Positions 42,059 to 51,355 of a stretch of DNA of 64,000 nucleotides are shown here, in pieces. The DNA is from Acidobacteriota bacterium (GTDB taxonomy: Bacteria > Acidobacteriota > UBA6911 > JACQSX01), in NCBI GenBank assembly GCA_036507075.1, contig DASXQR010000146.1:32001-96000 (forward strand). The letters are read 5' to 3'. The position numbers and the translations under genes are program-made. Each line of letters opens with the position of its first letter. Position 1 is the stretch's first letter. The notes beneath the pieces were generated by a model. The model saw only the letters and a list, made by a program, of their open reading frames with translations, did not search any database and was not told the origin of the DNA.

Positions 42059-42298
42059 ATGAAACGTACAAATCTTGTGCTTGATGAGCGACTGCTCGAG
42101 GAAGCCCTGCGCTTGAGTGGTGAGCGGACTTACTCGCGAGCGGTGGAGCGCGCTCTTGAAGATTTCGTTCGTCGCGTCAAAGCGTCGCGTATCCTGGAGT
42201 TGGCCGGATCCGGTCTTTGGCAGGGCGACCTGGCGCAGATGCGCGGCGACCGGGCAGTAGCAGGCTCCCGAAGGCGGACCAGGCGTGGTTCTAGTTGA
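42059..42298 (+). CDS. vapB: VapB antitoxin
   Basis: MKRTNLVLDERLLEEA.......AVERAL...VRR family pattern; overlaps vapC. Confidence 0.9.
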   Translation: MKRTNLVLDERLLEEALRLSGERTYSRAVERALEDFVRRVKASRILELAGSGLWQGDLAQMRGDRAVAGSRRRTRRGSS

Positions 42299-42683
42299 TA
42301 CCTCGGTCTGGATTGAAGTTTTTCGTCGTCCGGCCCCCCTTAGACTTGACTCAATTGTCGACCTTGAGGATGTCGTCACGTGCCTGCCGGTAATCCAGGA
42401 AGTGCTTCACGGTTTTGACCAGCCGCGAGCCTTCCAGATCGCCCGCGAATCGATGTATTCGCTGCCGCTGGTAGAGTCCCCCCTTGGCAGAGAGGTCTTT
42501 GACCAGGCTGTTGAGCTTTACCGGGGCGCTCGCCGCGCTGCGCTGACAATTCGCTCCAGCGTCGACTGCCTTATCGCAGCCTGCGCGCTGCGCAACGAAT
42601 TGACGGTCTTGCATTACGATCGCGACTTTGAACTGCTGGCGCGCGTATCGCCGTTGCAGGTACGCTCCATCTCCCGAACCTGA
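42285..42683 (+). CDS. vapC: VapC PIN-domain toxin
   Basis: LVDTSVWI, QEVL, SVDCLIAA, HYDRDF. Confidence 0.93.
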   Translation: MVLVDTSVWIEVFRRPAPLRLDSIVDLEDVVTCLPVIQEVLHGFDQPRAFQIARESMYSLPLVESPLGREVFDQAVELYRGARRAALTIRSSVDCLIAACALRNELTVLHYDRDFELLARVSPLQVRSISRT

Positions 42684-42990
42684 CTTGGGCTCCCGTCAAT
42701 CGCCGCGCAGCGGCGCGGCACCAGCACGCCGATACAGGTACGATCGCGGCACTGCCTCTCACCAGCGGGGCGCGTAAATCGCTGATGGAATTGGATTCTG
42801 TGCATCAGCAGTGCTGTTTGAAGAGATCTGTTTGGCGCTGTCTACTATCGCTCGAAATAGCACGACCGTTCGGCTCTATACTGACTTCGACTGGCCTCGA
42901 GAACAAAACCGCCGGTGTCATAGCTGGGCGAGAACCATGCGGGCGGGAAAACAGCACAGGCATCGGGACATTTCAAATTTGACAGGTGTT

Positions 42991-43046
42991 TAGGCGCTGC
43001 ATTAGTGACAGGCATCAGCGCCTATTCTGGCATCAGCGCCTATTCT
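42991..43046. repeat. 18-bp tandem duplication plus hairpin at the 3' end of the NHL gene
   Basis: ggcatcagcgcctattct at 43011-43028 and 43029-43046; taggcgctg (42991) can pair with either copy. Confidence 0.8.
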
Positions 43047-46000
43047 TCATCGAATTGTTAAGTTCATCGCACCGCCGGCCTGATTGAAGATCTGCATCAT
43101 GGCCGTTGATGCTTGACCAGCTCTTCCACTGAATAGAATGAACTGAGTGGTGTAGCCCCCAGAATCTGCTATGTGTGGAAAAAACACTTCGGATGTCGAA
43201 GCGGGCGCCGCTTCATTGGCTGTCGGCATCGTAGTGATCAAGAAATCGCTGCGCTCGTTGTGGCGTCCGCGCAATCCGATCACCGAAAGAGGGACAGCGC
43301 CTGAGACACGTACCACCCCTTGAAACGGAGTAGAGAACGACGTTAATCCCGGAATCTGATTCAAGAACTTTGCCACCTGCCCATTAGGCGGAATTGACAA
43401 CATGCCGATCAGACCAGCGGATGATCCATCAAGCCTCGTAAGTTCAACTGTCACACTGGCGGTCGAGGCTGCTGTATTAACAATTGCAATTCCCGTCTGG
43501 ATCGCTCCAATCTCGCTTTGATTGAAATTGCCTGCCGCTTCCGCATACAGGCGGAAAGCCGACGCAACGGGGACGGCCGGGACCGCCGCCTCGATGACGG
43601 TCGTGCCGCCGTTTCGAAAGGAAAAGATTGCGAGGCCGGATGGCGCCGCAGACCCAGCGGCGGGCACCACTCGCGCCCAACCGACTACACTCGTAATTCC
43701 TGCGCCGGATGTCGTCAACTTGAGTGATGCACGCGGAGGAATCGTATATGCAAAACTACTCGTCGATTCGCCGTTGACGGTCACAGTCGCCTGTCCTCCG
43801 GACTGATCCTGAAAGTGCACGGCGCCGTTGAGTGCTCTTTCGCTACTGTTAAGTAAAAGGATCTGAGTCTTCCACCCGCCCCCGTCAGCGAAGTGGGGAA
43901 ACACAACCACCCCGGTCGCGGGTGCAGCATCAAGGTCGATGACGGGCAATGTAGTAATCAGGAATTCACTTCGTTCATTGGCAAGGCCTCGAAGGGCGAT
44001 CGCACCGATTGGAACGGACGAGTTGAACGTGAAAGTCCCGCTGACGGACGAGCGCCCGTTGAAAGGAGGTTGGTTCAGAAATGCGGCGATTTGCCCGCCT
44101 GGAGGAATCGTCGTAGTGCCCTGATCAAAGTTACCGCTCTGGTCACTGAAGAAGAATGAAACAGCCGCGGCCTGACTAGTAGCGTTTGCCAAAGCCAGAC
44201 CCGTATTCACCGGGCCGTCTATTTCCGCCGCAATTCGCCCATTCTGGATCAGCGGCGTAGCAGCAACACCCGCTTCGCTGACCAGCACGCCATTCTGACG
44301 CAGGCCGAAAATGGCGACGCCGTAGGGTGACGTGCTTCCGGTATTCGGACGAACGCGAGCATAGCCTGTAGAGACTGTCTGCAGCAGTCCCGCACTCACC
44401 ATCGATACACCGCCTCGATCGGTGAATGACACAGGAACGCTCATATCGACTGCGGAGACCTTACGAATACGATGATTGCCCGTATCAGCGATATAAAGGT
44501 TTCCTATCGGGTCGAATGCGACGCCTTCCGGAACGAAAAGCTCCGCCGAGCCCGGCGGGCCGCCATCACCGCGAAAGCCGGTCCTGCCATCGCCCGAATA
44601 TGTCGAGATAACGCCCGCAGGCGTGACCCTGCGAATCCTGCTATTCCCCCATTCCGTGATGAAGAGATTACCCGCGCCGTCCACGGCAACGCTACGCGGG
44701 CGATTGAGCGCGGCAGAAGTCGCCGGGCCGCCGTCCCCTTCGAAACCCTGTGTGCCATTTCCAGCAACAGTAGTGATAATTCCAGACGCGTCTATTTTGC
44801 GCACACGATTCGTGCCGTCCGCAATGTAGAGATTTCCACTCGTGTCCACCCCGATTCCCTCAGGCGACTGAAGACTTGCAGACGTCGCAAGTCCACCATC
44901 TCCGGAGAATCCGGCCGTTCCATTACCAGCCACGGTACTGATAATTCCGGGCGGCGATACTTTTCGAATGCGGTGAGTTCCACTATCGACGATGAAAACA
45001 TTTCCCGCCGCATCGATCGCCACACCTCGAGGGCTGGAGATTCTCGCGGATGACGCAGGCCCGCCATCTCCGGCGAAGCCTCCCGTGCCGGTGCCGGCGA
45101 AGGTGCTGATCATCCCGTCAGGAGTGATCTTGCGAATGCGGCTGTTAAACGTGTCGGCGATATAGATGTTACCCCGCGTATCCACAGCGATCCCCTCAGG
45201 ACGGCTGAGTCGGGCAGAAGAAGCGGGCCCGCCGTCGCCGCCGGAGCCGGATGTTCCATTTCCTGCAAGCGTGATAATGATGCCGGCAGGAGTCACTTTT
45301 CGAACGGCGTGATTGCGAGTGTCGGCGATGAAAATATTTCCTTGAGCATCTACGGCTGCGCCTTCAGGCCCGTTCAGTTTTGCCGCGGTCGCCGGCCCGT
45401 CGTCGCCGCTCAGTCCAAATGTGGCACTTCCGGCCACTGTGTCGATGCGTAAAGCCGGCACCCATGTCGGAGAAATATCCTGGAGAATGGTGACCCGCGG
45501 CGAGTCGCTACGGACCACATAAACTCGGCCGGTTCGCTGGTTGATGGCAGCGTCCGTACTAAGCAGCGAACTACTCATCGAAATGCTTTGGGGAAGCCTC
45601 TCAATCTGCTGCGTGGAGCCATTCAAGACGTAGATGTTGCCGCTGCCGGCCACCATGTAGGCGTTATCCGTTGCGCGACGGATGGCAATTTTACCGATCC
45701 CGTCGTTGCCTCCGGTGGAGGACAGTGTCACCTCGGTGAGTCCGTCATTTCGTCCATCGACAATAGCCGACGCGATCCCGATTCCTACACCGGCAAACAA
45801 CCGGTTTGTCAGCGGATTAAAGGCCAACGTTCGCAGGTCTTCCCTTCCCACGTACCGATAGTTACCGTTGCCGCGATTCAGGATCAGAATGCCCGGTCCG
45901 GCCTGGTTCGGAGCAAACAACATCGTCACGTACACTTTGTTCTCGAGTTCATTAACGCTTATGGCGAGTGGCGCTCGTCCTCCGGTTGGAGTAAGCTCGA

Positions 46001-46640
46001 GAATGGAAGTCTGCAGTGTTTGCGAGTTGACGACGAACAGCTGGCTCGTACTGAGTTTGGTGAAGAAGATTTCACCTGTTCGTTCGTTGAAGCTCATCAG
46101 CGACTGAGAGTCGCAGCAATTCATCGTGATCGGGCTGAACTGGTCTGTGCGAACATCAATGACACCCGACGACGCGTCGCCTCCTCCCCATAAAACATAA
46201 ACCTTGTCGCGGCTCTCATCGTTCTGGACGTCGAGCAACACCAAAGCTCCCCCGGAAGTAATCTTTTGGGTGATCTGTCGTATCGGCTCATTGCGCACAG
46301 CATCAATGACCCAAATCGAAGCTTCCGGTCCCGTCGTATCATGGCTGACGGCGGCATAGACCTTGCCAAAAGTTTCATTGACTGCAATGTTATCGACTCT
46401 GCCCTGGCCGACCGGAATCGATCGGATTATCTGATTCGTGTTTCCGTCGATGACCAGGACGCTTTGGGTTTGTTGATCGGCCACAAAAATCTTGTTGGCC
46501 GCTTCATATACCGCTACCGCAGTCGGACTACCTGCGGGAACCGTACCAACCAACTGCGATTGCGCGGTCGCATCGGTGCCAACACGGGCCAAAACGCCAA
46601 GAACGAGAAACGTCAAGAACAGGAGTCTCCGCTGGCGCAT
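43047..46640 (-). CDS. Secreted YVTN beta-propeller plus NHL-repeat protein with a C-terminal acidobacterial domain
   Basis: Signal peptide; repeated AGnG..GFsGDGGPAtsA.l..P.GvAvD..GNlYIADt.N.RIRKv; FPHFADGGG repeats. Confidence 0.88.
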   Translation of the reverse strand: MRQRRLLFLTFLVLGVLARVGTDATAQSQLVGTVPAGSPTAVAVYEAANKIFVADQQTQSVLVIDGNTNQIIRSIPVGQGRVDNIAVNETFGKVYAAVSHDTTGPEASIWVIDAVRNEPIRQITQKITSGGALVLLDVQNDESRDKVYVLWGGGDASSGVIDVRTDQFSPITMNCCDSQSLMSFNERTGEIFFTKLSTSQLFVVNSQTLQTSILELTPTGGRAPLAISVNELENKVYVTMLFAPNQAGPGILILNRGNGNYRYVGREDLRTLAFNPLTNRLFAGVGIGIASAIVDGRNDGLTEVTLSSTGGNDGIGKIAIRRATDNAYMVAGSGNIYVLNGSTQQIERLPQSISMSSSLLSTDAAINQRTGRVYVVRSDSPRVTILQDISPTWVPALRIDTVAGSATFGLSGDDGPATAAKLNGPEGAAVDAQGNIFIADTRNHAVRKVTPAGIIITLAGNGTSGSGGDGGPASSARLSRPEGIAVDTRGNIYIADTFNSRIRKITPDGMISTFAGTGTGGFAGDGGPASSARISSPRGVAIDAAGNVFIVDSGTHRIRKVSPPGIISTVAGNGTAGFSGDGGLATSASLQSPEGIGVDTSGNLYIADGTNRVRKIDASGIITTVAGNGTQGFEGDGGPATSAALNRPRSVAVDGAGNLFITEWGNSRIRRVTPAGVISTYSGDGRTGFRGDGGPPGSAELFVPEGVAFDPIGNLYIADTGNHRIRKVSAVDMSVPVSFTDRGGVSMVSAGLLQTVSTGYARVRPNTGSTSPYGVAIFGLRQNGVLVSEAGVAATPLIQNGRIAAEIDGPVNTGLALANATSQAAAVSFFFSDQSGNFDQGTTTIPPGGQIAAFLNQPPFNGRSSVSGTFTFNSSVPIGAIALRGLANERSEFLITTLPVIDLDAAPATGVVVFPHFADGGGWKTQILLLNSSERALNGAVHFQDQSGGQATVTVNGESTSSFAYTIPPRASLKLTTSGAGITSVVGWARVVPAAGSAAPSGLAIFSFRNGGTTVIEAAVPAVPVASAFRLYAEAAGNFNQSEIGAIQTGIAIVNTAASTASVTVELTRLDGSSAGLIGMLSIPPNGQVAKFLNQIPGLTSFSTPFQGVVRVSGAVPLSVIGLRGRHNERSDFLITTMPTANEAAPASTSEVFFPHIADSGGYTTQFILFSGRAGQASTAMMQIFNQAGGAMNLTIR

Positions 46641-46699
46641 TGGCCGAAATTCTACCAGTTAGCCCGAGGGATTGCGAACTTGGACGAAGGCCTGCCACC

Positions 46700-46743
46700 G
46701 CCTTGGGAGCAGGGGGGCGGCAGTTCAAATCTGCCCGCCCCGA
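46700..46743 (+). repeat. tRNA-Pro(TGG) 3' fragment (att scar)
   Basis: GC-CTTGGGA-GCAGG, GGCAG-TTCAAAT-CTGCC, CGCCCCG-A; no 5' CGGGGCG or D-arm. Confidence 0.8.
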
Positions 46744-47049
46744 TTCAATGATGCGAGTCTTGTGCAGTCGGATGGGTCGGCAACCTTCCAGAACTGGCAA
46801 AACAGCGCTTCTACATCCCCAATTCCTGTCACCTGTATTCTCTTCTTACTACCGTGACAGGCACTTTCAGTTTTTTGATGGGTTCTGGCTTATCGGACTA
46901 CCATGTGGCCCCAGGTCAGTGTAGTCAATTTCGTAGCTGTGAAAGCCTCCAACTTCAACAAATTTCAGCAAGTTTCAATAGGGTCGCCGCAAGCGCTTGA
47001 AAATTAGTTAGTTGGAAATAGGCCATTTATTGGAATTGCCGGGAACAGA

Positions 47050-47094
47050 CTTACAAGCAGGAGGTCCGCGGTTCGAGCCCGCGAGCGCCCACCA
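47050..47094 (+). repeat. tRNA-Val(TAC) 3' fragment, att-site copy 2
   Basis: Identical to 30246-30290. Confidence 0.9.
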
Positions 47095-47187
47095 AGGTTT
47101 TCGATGATTTGCGGCTGATTCCAGCCGCGCACCAGGGTCCCCGTACCGGCGAAGACGGGTCCCAGCTCGCCTTTTCCAACAATCCCG

Positions 47188-47379
47188 ACGGAGCCGCGAA
47201 GTGTAAGCGAGCGGCACTCCAGACTGACGAGCCGGATCGGCAGCGTTGACGGCACGGCACGGGATCAAGGTCGCTGCAGAACTGCGGTTCTGCCGCGACG
47301 TTACTGTGCTGGATCCTCAGCCGTTGCTGATCTGCCTTGTCAGTCTGGATTGCCGCTCGCCTACACTTCGCGGCTCCGT
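47188..47379. repeat. 58-bp inverted repeat (51/58 identical), REP-like element
   Basis: Arms 47188-47245 and 47322-47379, 76-nt spacer. Confidence 0.9.
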
Positions 47380-47383
47380 TAGA

Positions 47384-50236
47384 TCACTCCTGACGCAGCG
47401 CCTCGAGGGGGTCTACTTGCGCCGCCTTGCGCGCCGGCAACCAGCAAGCCAGCAGCGCGACCAGCGTCAGCAGCGCCGCGATGATGGCAATGATCACTGG
47501 ATCAGTCCCCTTCACCTCGTAAAGCTGCTCGGCCATCTGGCGCTGCCAGGCGCTGCCGGCGAAATATTGGCTCTCGAGCAAGCGCTTCAAGGCGTAACCA
47601 CCCAGTGCGCCAACGGCCAGCCCCAGCAGCACCAGCTTCATCCCTTGCCGGGTCACCAGCAGCAGGACGTTGGCCCGTTGCGCGCCAAGCGCCATGCGGA
47701 TGCCGATCTCGTTGGTCCGTTGGGCCACCGAATAGGCCAGCACGCCGGAGAGTCCGATGGCTGCGAGCAAGAGCGCCAGCCCGCCAAAGAAACTCAAGAG
47801 CCGGGCAGACAGGCGTTCCTTTCCCAAGGTTGCCTGCGAGCGTGCCGCTTGCGTGCCGATTTCTGTGACCGGCAGATTGCTGTCCAGTTCACGCACGACC
47901 TGGCGCACCGTGGCAGTGAGCGCGGCCGGTTCGCCCGCGGTGCGCAGAGTGAAGTGCATCTCGCCGACTTCTGCGCCGTCTTGTTGCCAGGGCGTGTAGA
48001 GCAGCGGCTTGATCTCCTCGCGCTGGCTCATGTATTTGGTATCGGCGACCACACCGATGATTTCGACCTCGCGTTTGCTGCCTCTAAATGTGACACGCTT
48101 GCCGAGCGCGTCATCGTTGGGGAAGAACTGGCGCGCGAAGGTTTGACTGACGATGGCGACTTTGGGCGCACGCTGGTCATCCTGCGCCGTGAAGCCGCGC
48201 CCGCGCAGCAGCGGGATCTCCATCGTCGCAAAATAGTTCTCGCGCGCCATCTGGCGGTTGGTGGGGTGCGGTCCGGCGGTCATTGCCGACTCCCCGGGCA
48301 GCAAGATGCCGTTGACGAAATTGTCCTGAGCGATAAGCGCGACGCGCCCGAACGTCGCCGCGCGCACGCCCGGCAGGTTATCCAGCCGCGCAAAGAGTTG
48401 CTGATAGAACTGCACCAGCCGTTCGTCTTTGTACCCGCCCTGTTGCGGTTGTAATCTGAAGAGCAAGAGATTCTCCTGATTGAAACCGAGGTTGATTCGT
48501 TGCAGGTTGTGGAGTGTGCGGATGAACAAACCCGCGCCGACCAATAACAACAGCGAAAGTGCAACCTGCGCGACAATCAGACCTTTGCTCAAACGCGACA
48601 CTGCCCCCGTCGTGCGGCGGCCCTGTTTAATTGCTGTCGCCAAATCCAGACTTGTGGCGCGCCACGCAGGCGTCAATCCGAACAGCACGCCGGTCAATAC
48701 CGAGATGGCAAGCGTGAAGGCCAGCACACGCCAATCCAGACGAAGGTCGACGACGACGCCGGGCAGGATTCCTGTGTCTTTGTCGGTCAGCGCCAGGAGC
48801 GCGCTCCTGCCCCAGAAGGCGAAGAGCACGCCGGCCGCGCCGCCCAACCCCGCGAGCAGCACACTTTCGGTCAGCAGTTGCCGGATCAAACGCCAGCGCC
48901 CCGCGCCGACCGCGAGCCGCACGCTGATCTCTGCGCTGCGCTGGGCTGCCCGCGCCAGCAGCAGGTTCGCCACGTTGGCACAGGCAATCAGCAGCACCAG
49001 CGCCACCACGATGAACAAGCCGTAGATCGTGGTTGAATACATTCTGCGCCTGTCCAGCATCCCTCGGCCGCCGGATTCCGCAAGCAGGCGCGGGTAATCT
49101 TTCGGCTCGAGTTGCGCCGGTTGATTCGCTTTGCGCGGGGGCGGCATGACCTCCAAAGCGGCGGCTTGAAAAGCGCCGTTCAAGCTGTCGCGCGCCTGTT
49201 CGCAGGTCGCGCCCGGTTTGAGCCGTCCCATCAAATCCAGCCACCAGGCGCCTGGTTGGTTCGCCGTGCCCAATCTGCTGCGCTCACCCCGCAGCAACGG
49301 CTCGCAGGCAATCGGGACGGTGACGGCGGGGCGATAATCCACTTGCAACGTGCCGGTGAACGCGGGTGGCGTCACGCCGATGATGGTGAAGGGAATTTTG
49401 TTGAGTTTGAGCGGCTGGCCGATGACGGCGGAACTGGCGCCGAATCGCTCCTGCCAAAACTGATGGCTGAGCACGACCACTGACGCTGCTCCTAGCTTAT
49501 CATCCTCGTCGGTGATGCCGCGTCCCAAGACCGGTTGTACTCCGAGTCCGGCGTAATAGCCGCCGGACACGGCTTGCCCGTTGATGACCTCTACCTGGTC
49601 GCCCGCTGCCGCGGTCAATTCGCGGATTGGAGCGAAGGCAAAGAAATCGCTCAGCGGGCTTTCCGGCGCAGCGGCGCGCGCCTGGCGCATCTTTTCAAAG
49701 ACCTCGTAGCAAAACAGCGAAAGCCCTTTTGTGCCCGGCGGCGTTGGCACAAACGACGTGCCGCTCATCCCACCCGTCCTGAACGGGAGCCCGGCTTGCC
49801 ATTCAAAGAGCACCAACCGCTCCGGCTCAGCGACCGGCAAGGTATTCAGCAGCACGGCATCCATCACACTGAACAACGCCGTGTTCGCGCCAATGCCGAG
49901 CGCCAGCGAAAGTACGGCTACCAGCGTGAACCCTTTGCTCTTGAGCAGCATCCGCACGCCGTAGCGCAAGTCCTGAAACATTTCGTCCTCCAGTCTTCTG
50001 GGTTGCAGCAGCAGCGCGTCCCAGAACGCGCCCGCGCTTCGCCGCAGCAGATCAAGCCTGTGTCGCCGGTCGAGCCGGTTCCACTCGGCCAGGAGCATTT
50101 CGCGGCAGCGCAGCTCGGCCTCCCACTCCTGCCGCCAATCGGCTCGCAAGCGGCGCGGCACAATCACGCCGATGACGCGGATCAGCCGGAGGTGCGGTCT
50201 GGTGAAGAATCTTTTGCAGCGGGATAGCAGCAGCAC
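47384..50236 (-). CDS. ADOP-family duplicated MacB/FtsX-like ABC permease
   Basis: QDLRYG.R.L.K..GFT.VAVLSLALGIGANTA, LLIACANVANLLLAR, EIGIRMALGA, ARKAA.VDP..ALR.E. Confidence 0.93.
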   Translation of the reverse strand: MLLLSRCKRFFTRPHLRLIRVIGVIVPRRLRADWRQEWEAELRCREMLLAEWNRLDRRHRLDLLRRSAGAFWDALLLQPRRLEDEMFQDLRYGVRMLLKSKGFTLVAVLSLALGIGANTALFSVMDAVLLNTLPVAEPERLVLFEWQAGLPFRTGGMSGTSFVPTPPGTKGLSLFCYEVFEKMRQARAAAPESPLSDFFAFAPIRELTAAAGDQVEVINGQAVSGGYYAGLGVQPVLGRGITDEDDKLGAASVVVLSHQFWQERFGASSAVIGQPLKLNKIPFTIIGVTPPAFTGTLQVDYRPAVTVPIACEPLLRGERSRLGTANQPGAWWLDLMGRLKPGATCEQARDSLNGAFQAAALEVMPPPRKANQPAQLEPKDYPRLLAESGGRGMLDRRRMYSTTIYGLFIVVALVLLIACANVANLLLARAAQRSAEISVRLAVGAGRWRLIRQLLTESVLLAGLGGAAGVLFAFWGRSALLALTDKDTGILPGVVVDLRLDWRVLAFTLAISVLTGVLFGLTPAWRATSLDLATAIKQGRRTTGAVSRLSKGLIVAQVALSLLLLVGAGLFIRTLHNLQRINLGFNQENLLLFRLQPQQGGYKDERLVQFYQQLFARLDNLPGVRAATFGRVALIAQDNFVNGILLPGESAMTAGPHPTNRQMARENYFATMEIPLLRGRGFTAQDDQRAPKVAIVSQTFARQFFPNDDALGKRVTFRGSKREVEIIGVVADTKYMSQREEIKPLLYTPWQQDGAEVGEMHFTLRTAGEPAALTATVRQVVRELDSNLPVTEIGTQAARSQATLGKERLSARLLSFFGGLALLLAAIGLSGVLAYSVAQRTNEIGIRMALGAQRANVLLLVTRQGMKLVLLGLAVGALGGYALKRLLESQYFAGSAWQRQMAEQLYEVKGTDPVIIAIIAALLTLVALLACWLPARKAAQVDPLEALRQE

Positions 50237-50246
50237 GGTTTTGACC

Positions 50247-50573
50247 TCACGCGCGTGACGGTTTCGGGTCGCGCACTTTGGTCGGTCGTCTTTGCTCCAA
50301 CAGCCGGTAGCGTTTTACCGCCTCGGCTAACGCCTCCCGCCCTGCGCGCGTGAGCTCGTAGTATTTGCGCGGCGGGCGCGGCTCGGCCTGCGCGATACTC
50401 TGCTTCTCCCACTCGGAAGCGAGATATCCGGTTTCCTGCAGCCGTCTCAACGCCGGGTATACTGTCCCGCCCGGCAAGCCCGTGATGTCAATGATGTCAA
50501 AACCGTAAAGATAGCCGTTGGCCACCGCTTGCAGGATGACCGCCGTCGAGTAGGTGAGAAACCCTTTGCCCAT
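50247..50573 (-). CDS. PadR-family regulator
   Basis: YGFDI...GTVYPALRRL...RKYYELT..G. Confidence 0.93.
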   Translation of the reverse strand: MGKGFLTYSTAVILQAVANGYLYGFDIIDITGLPGGTVYPALRRLQETGYLASEWEKQSIAQAEPRPPRKYYELTRAGREALAEAVKRYRLLEQRRPTKVRDPKPSRA

Positions 50574-50599
50574 TGCGAACCCCTGAGGTTGTCTACGAT

Positions 50600-50630
50600 A
50601 GAATCCTATCTAGAAAGAATCCTATATAGA
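50600..50630. promoter_or_regulatory. Candidate PadR operator: 15-bp direct repeat
   Basis: agaatcctatctaga (50600) and agaatcctatataga (50616), 26 nt upstream of the padR start. Confidence 0.55.
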
Positions 50631-50937
50631 TCAGGGCGCGAATTCAAGTTTTTGGTTTTTTTCAGGATGACGATTCGCCACCCGGGGGCACGTTTTCTTG
50701 GTCTGGTTAAATGAGAGCGTACAGAAGGACCTGGTGCGATTACGTGACGACGCTAAGCTCCGTGGCCAGTGGCCACCGAAGTGGAAGGGAGGGAATGGCA
50801 ATTGGCTGACACCACCCACAGAGAGGCCGCATTGGGGGCAAAGGGAAGTGATCACCGTCATGGAAGTCGGTCGGGGCACTAGGTCTTCTTGGTGCGCAGA
50901 AAGTTCACAATTCGGTCAAATTTTGGAGCAGCGCCGG

Positions 50938-51242
50938 GACCGCAGAGTGGTCAAATAACATAGCCCGGGGCAGAGCGCGTTTTTTGCGCGACGCCCCGGG
51001 TTTAAGTGTCCCCAAAAGTTGAAAACCCCGGCAGGGGTTTCATATTTTGCGCAAAAACGACGTTGCAAGAGGTATTCCTTGAATGGATCCGAACGTGCGA
51101 CATGCCGTTTAAGAATGCTATCGATTGAAGCCGATTATTGGACCCCTCCGGGGTCCGGACAAACATTGGAGGATACTTGACCCGGGGCGCCGCGCAGAAA
51201 AACGCGCTGCCCCGGGCTGTTCTATTTGACCGCTCCGCGGTC
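50938..51242. repeat. About 105-bp imperfect inverted repeat with internal hairpins (REP/MITE-like)
   Basis: Left arm gaccgcagagtggtcaaata..agcccggggc..gccccgggt; right arm is its reverse complement, ending at 51242. Confidence 0.85.
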
Positions 51243-51355
51243 TAAATGCAGCAAGACACTCACAGCCAGGCCTTCCTCCTTGGCGGTATGAGGTCGCTCG
51301 CTAACACTGGTCACCTTCATCTTAGTAACAGAAAGTTCCCGAGGAGGAGGACGAA

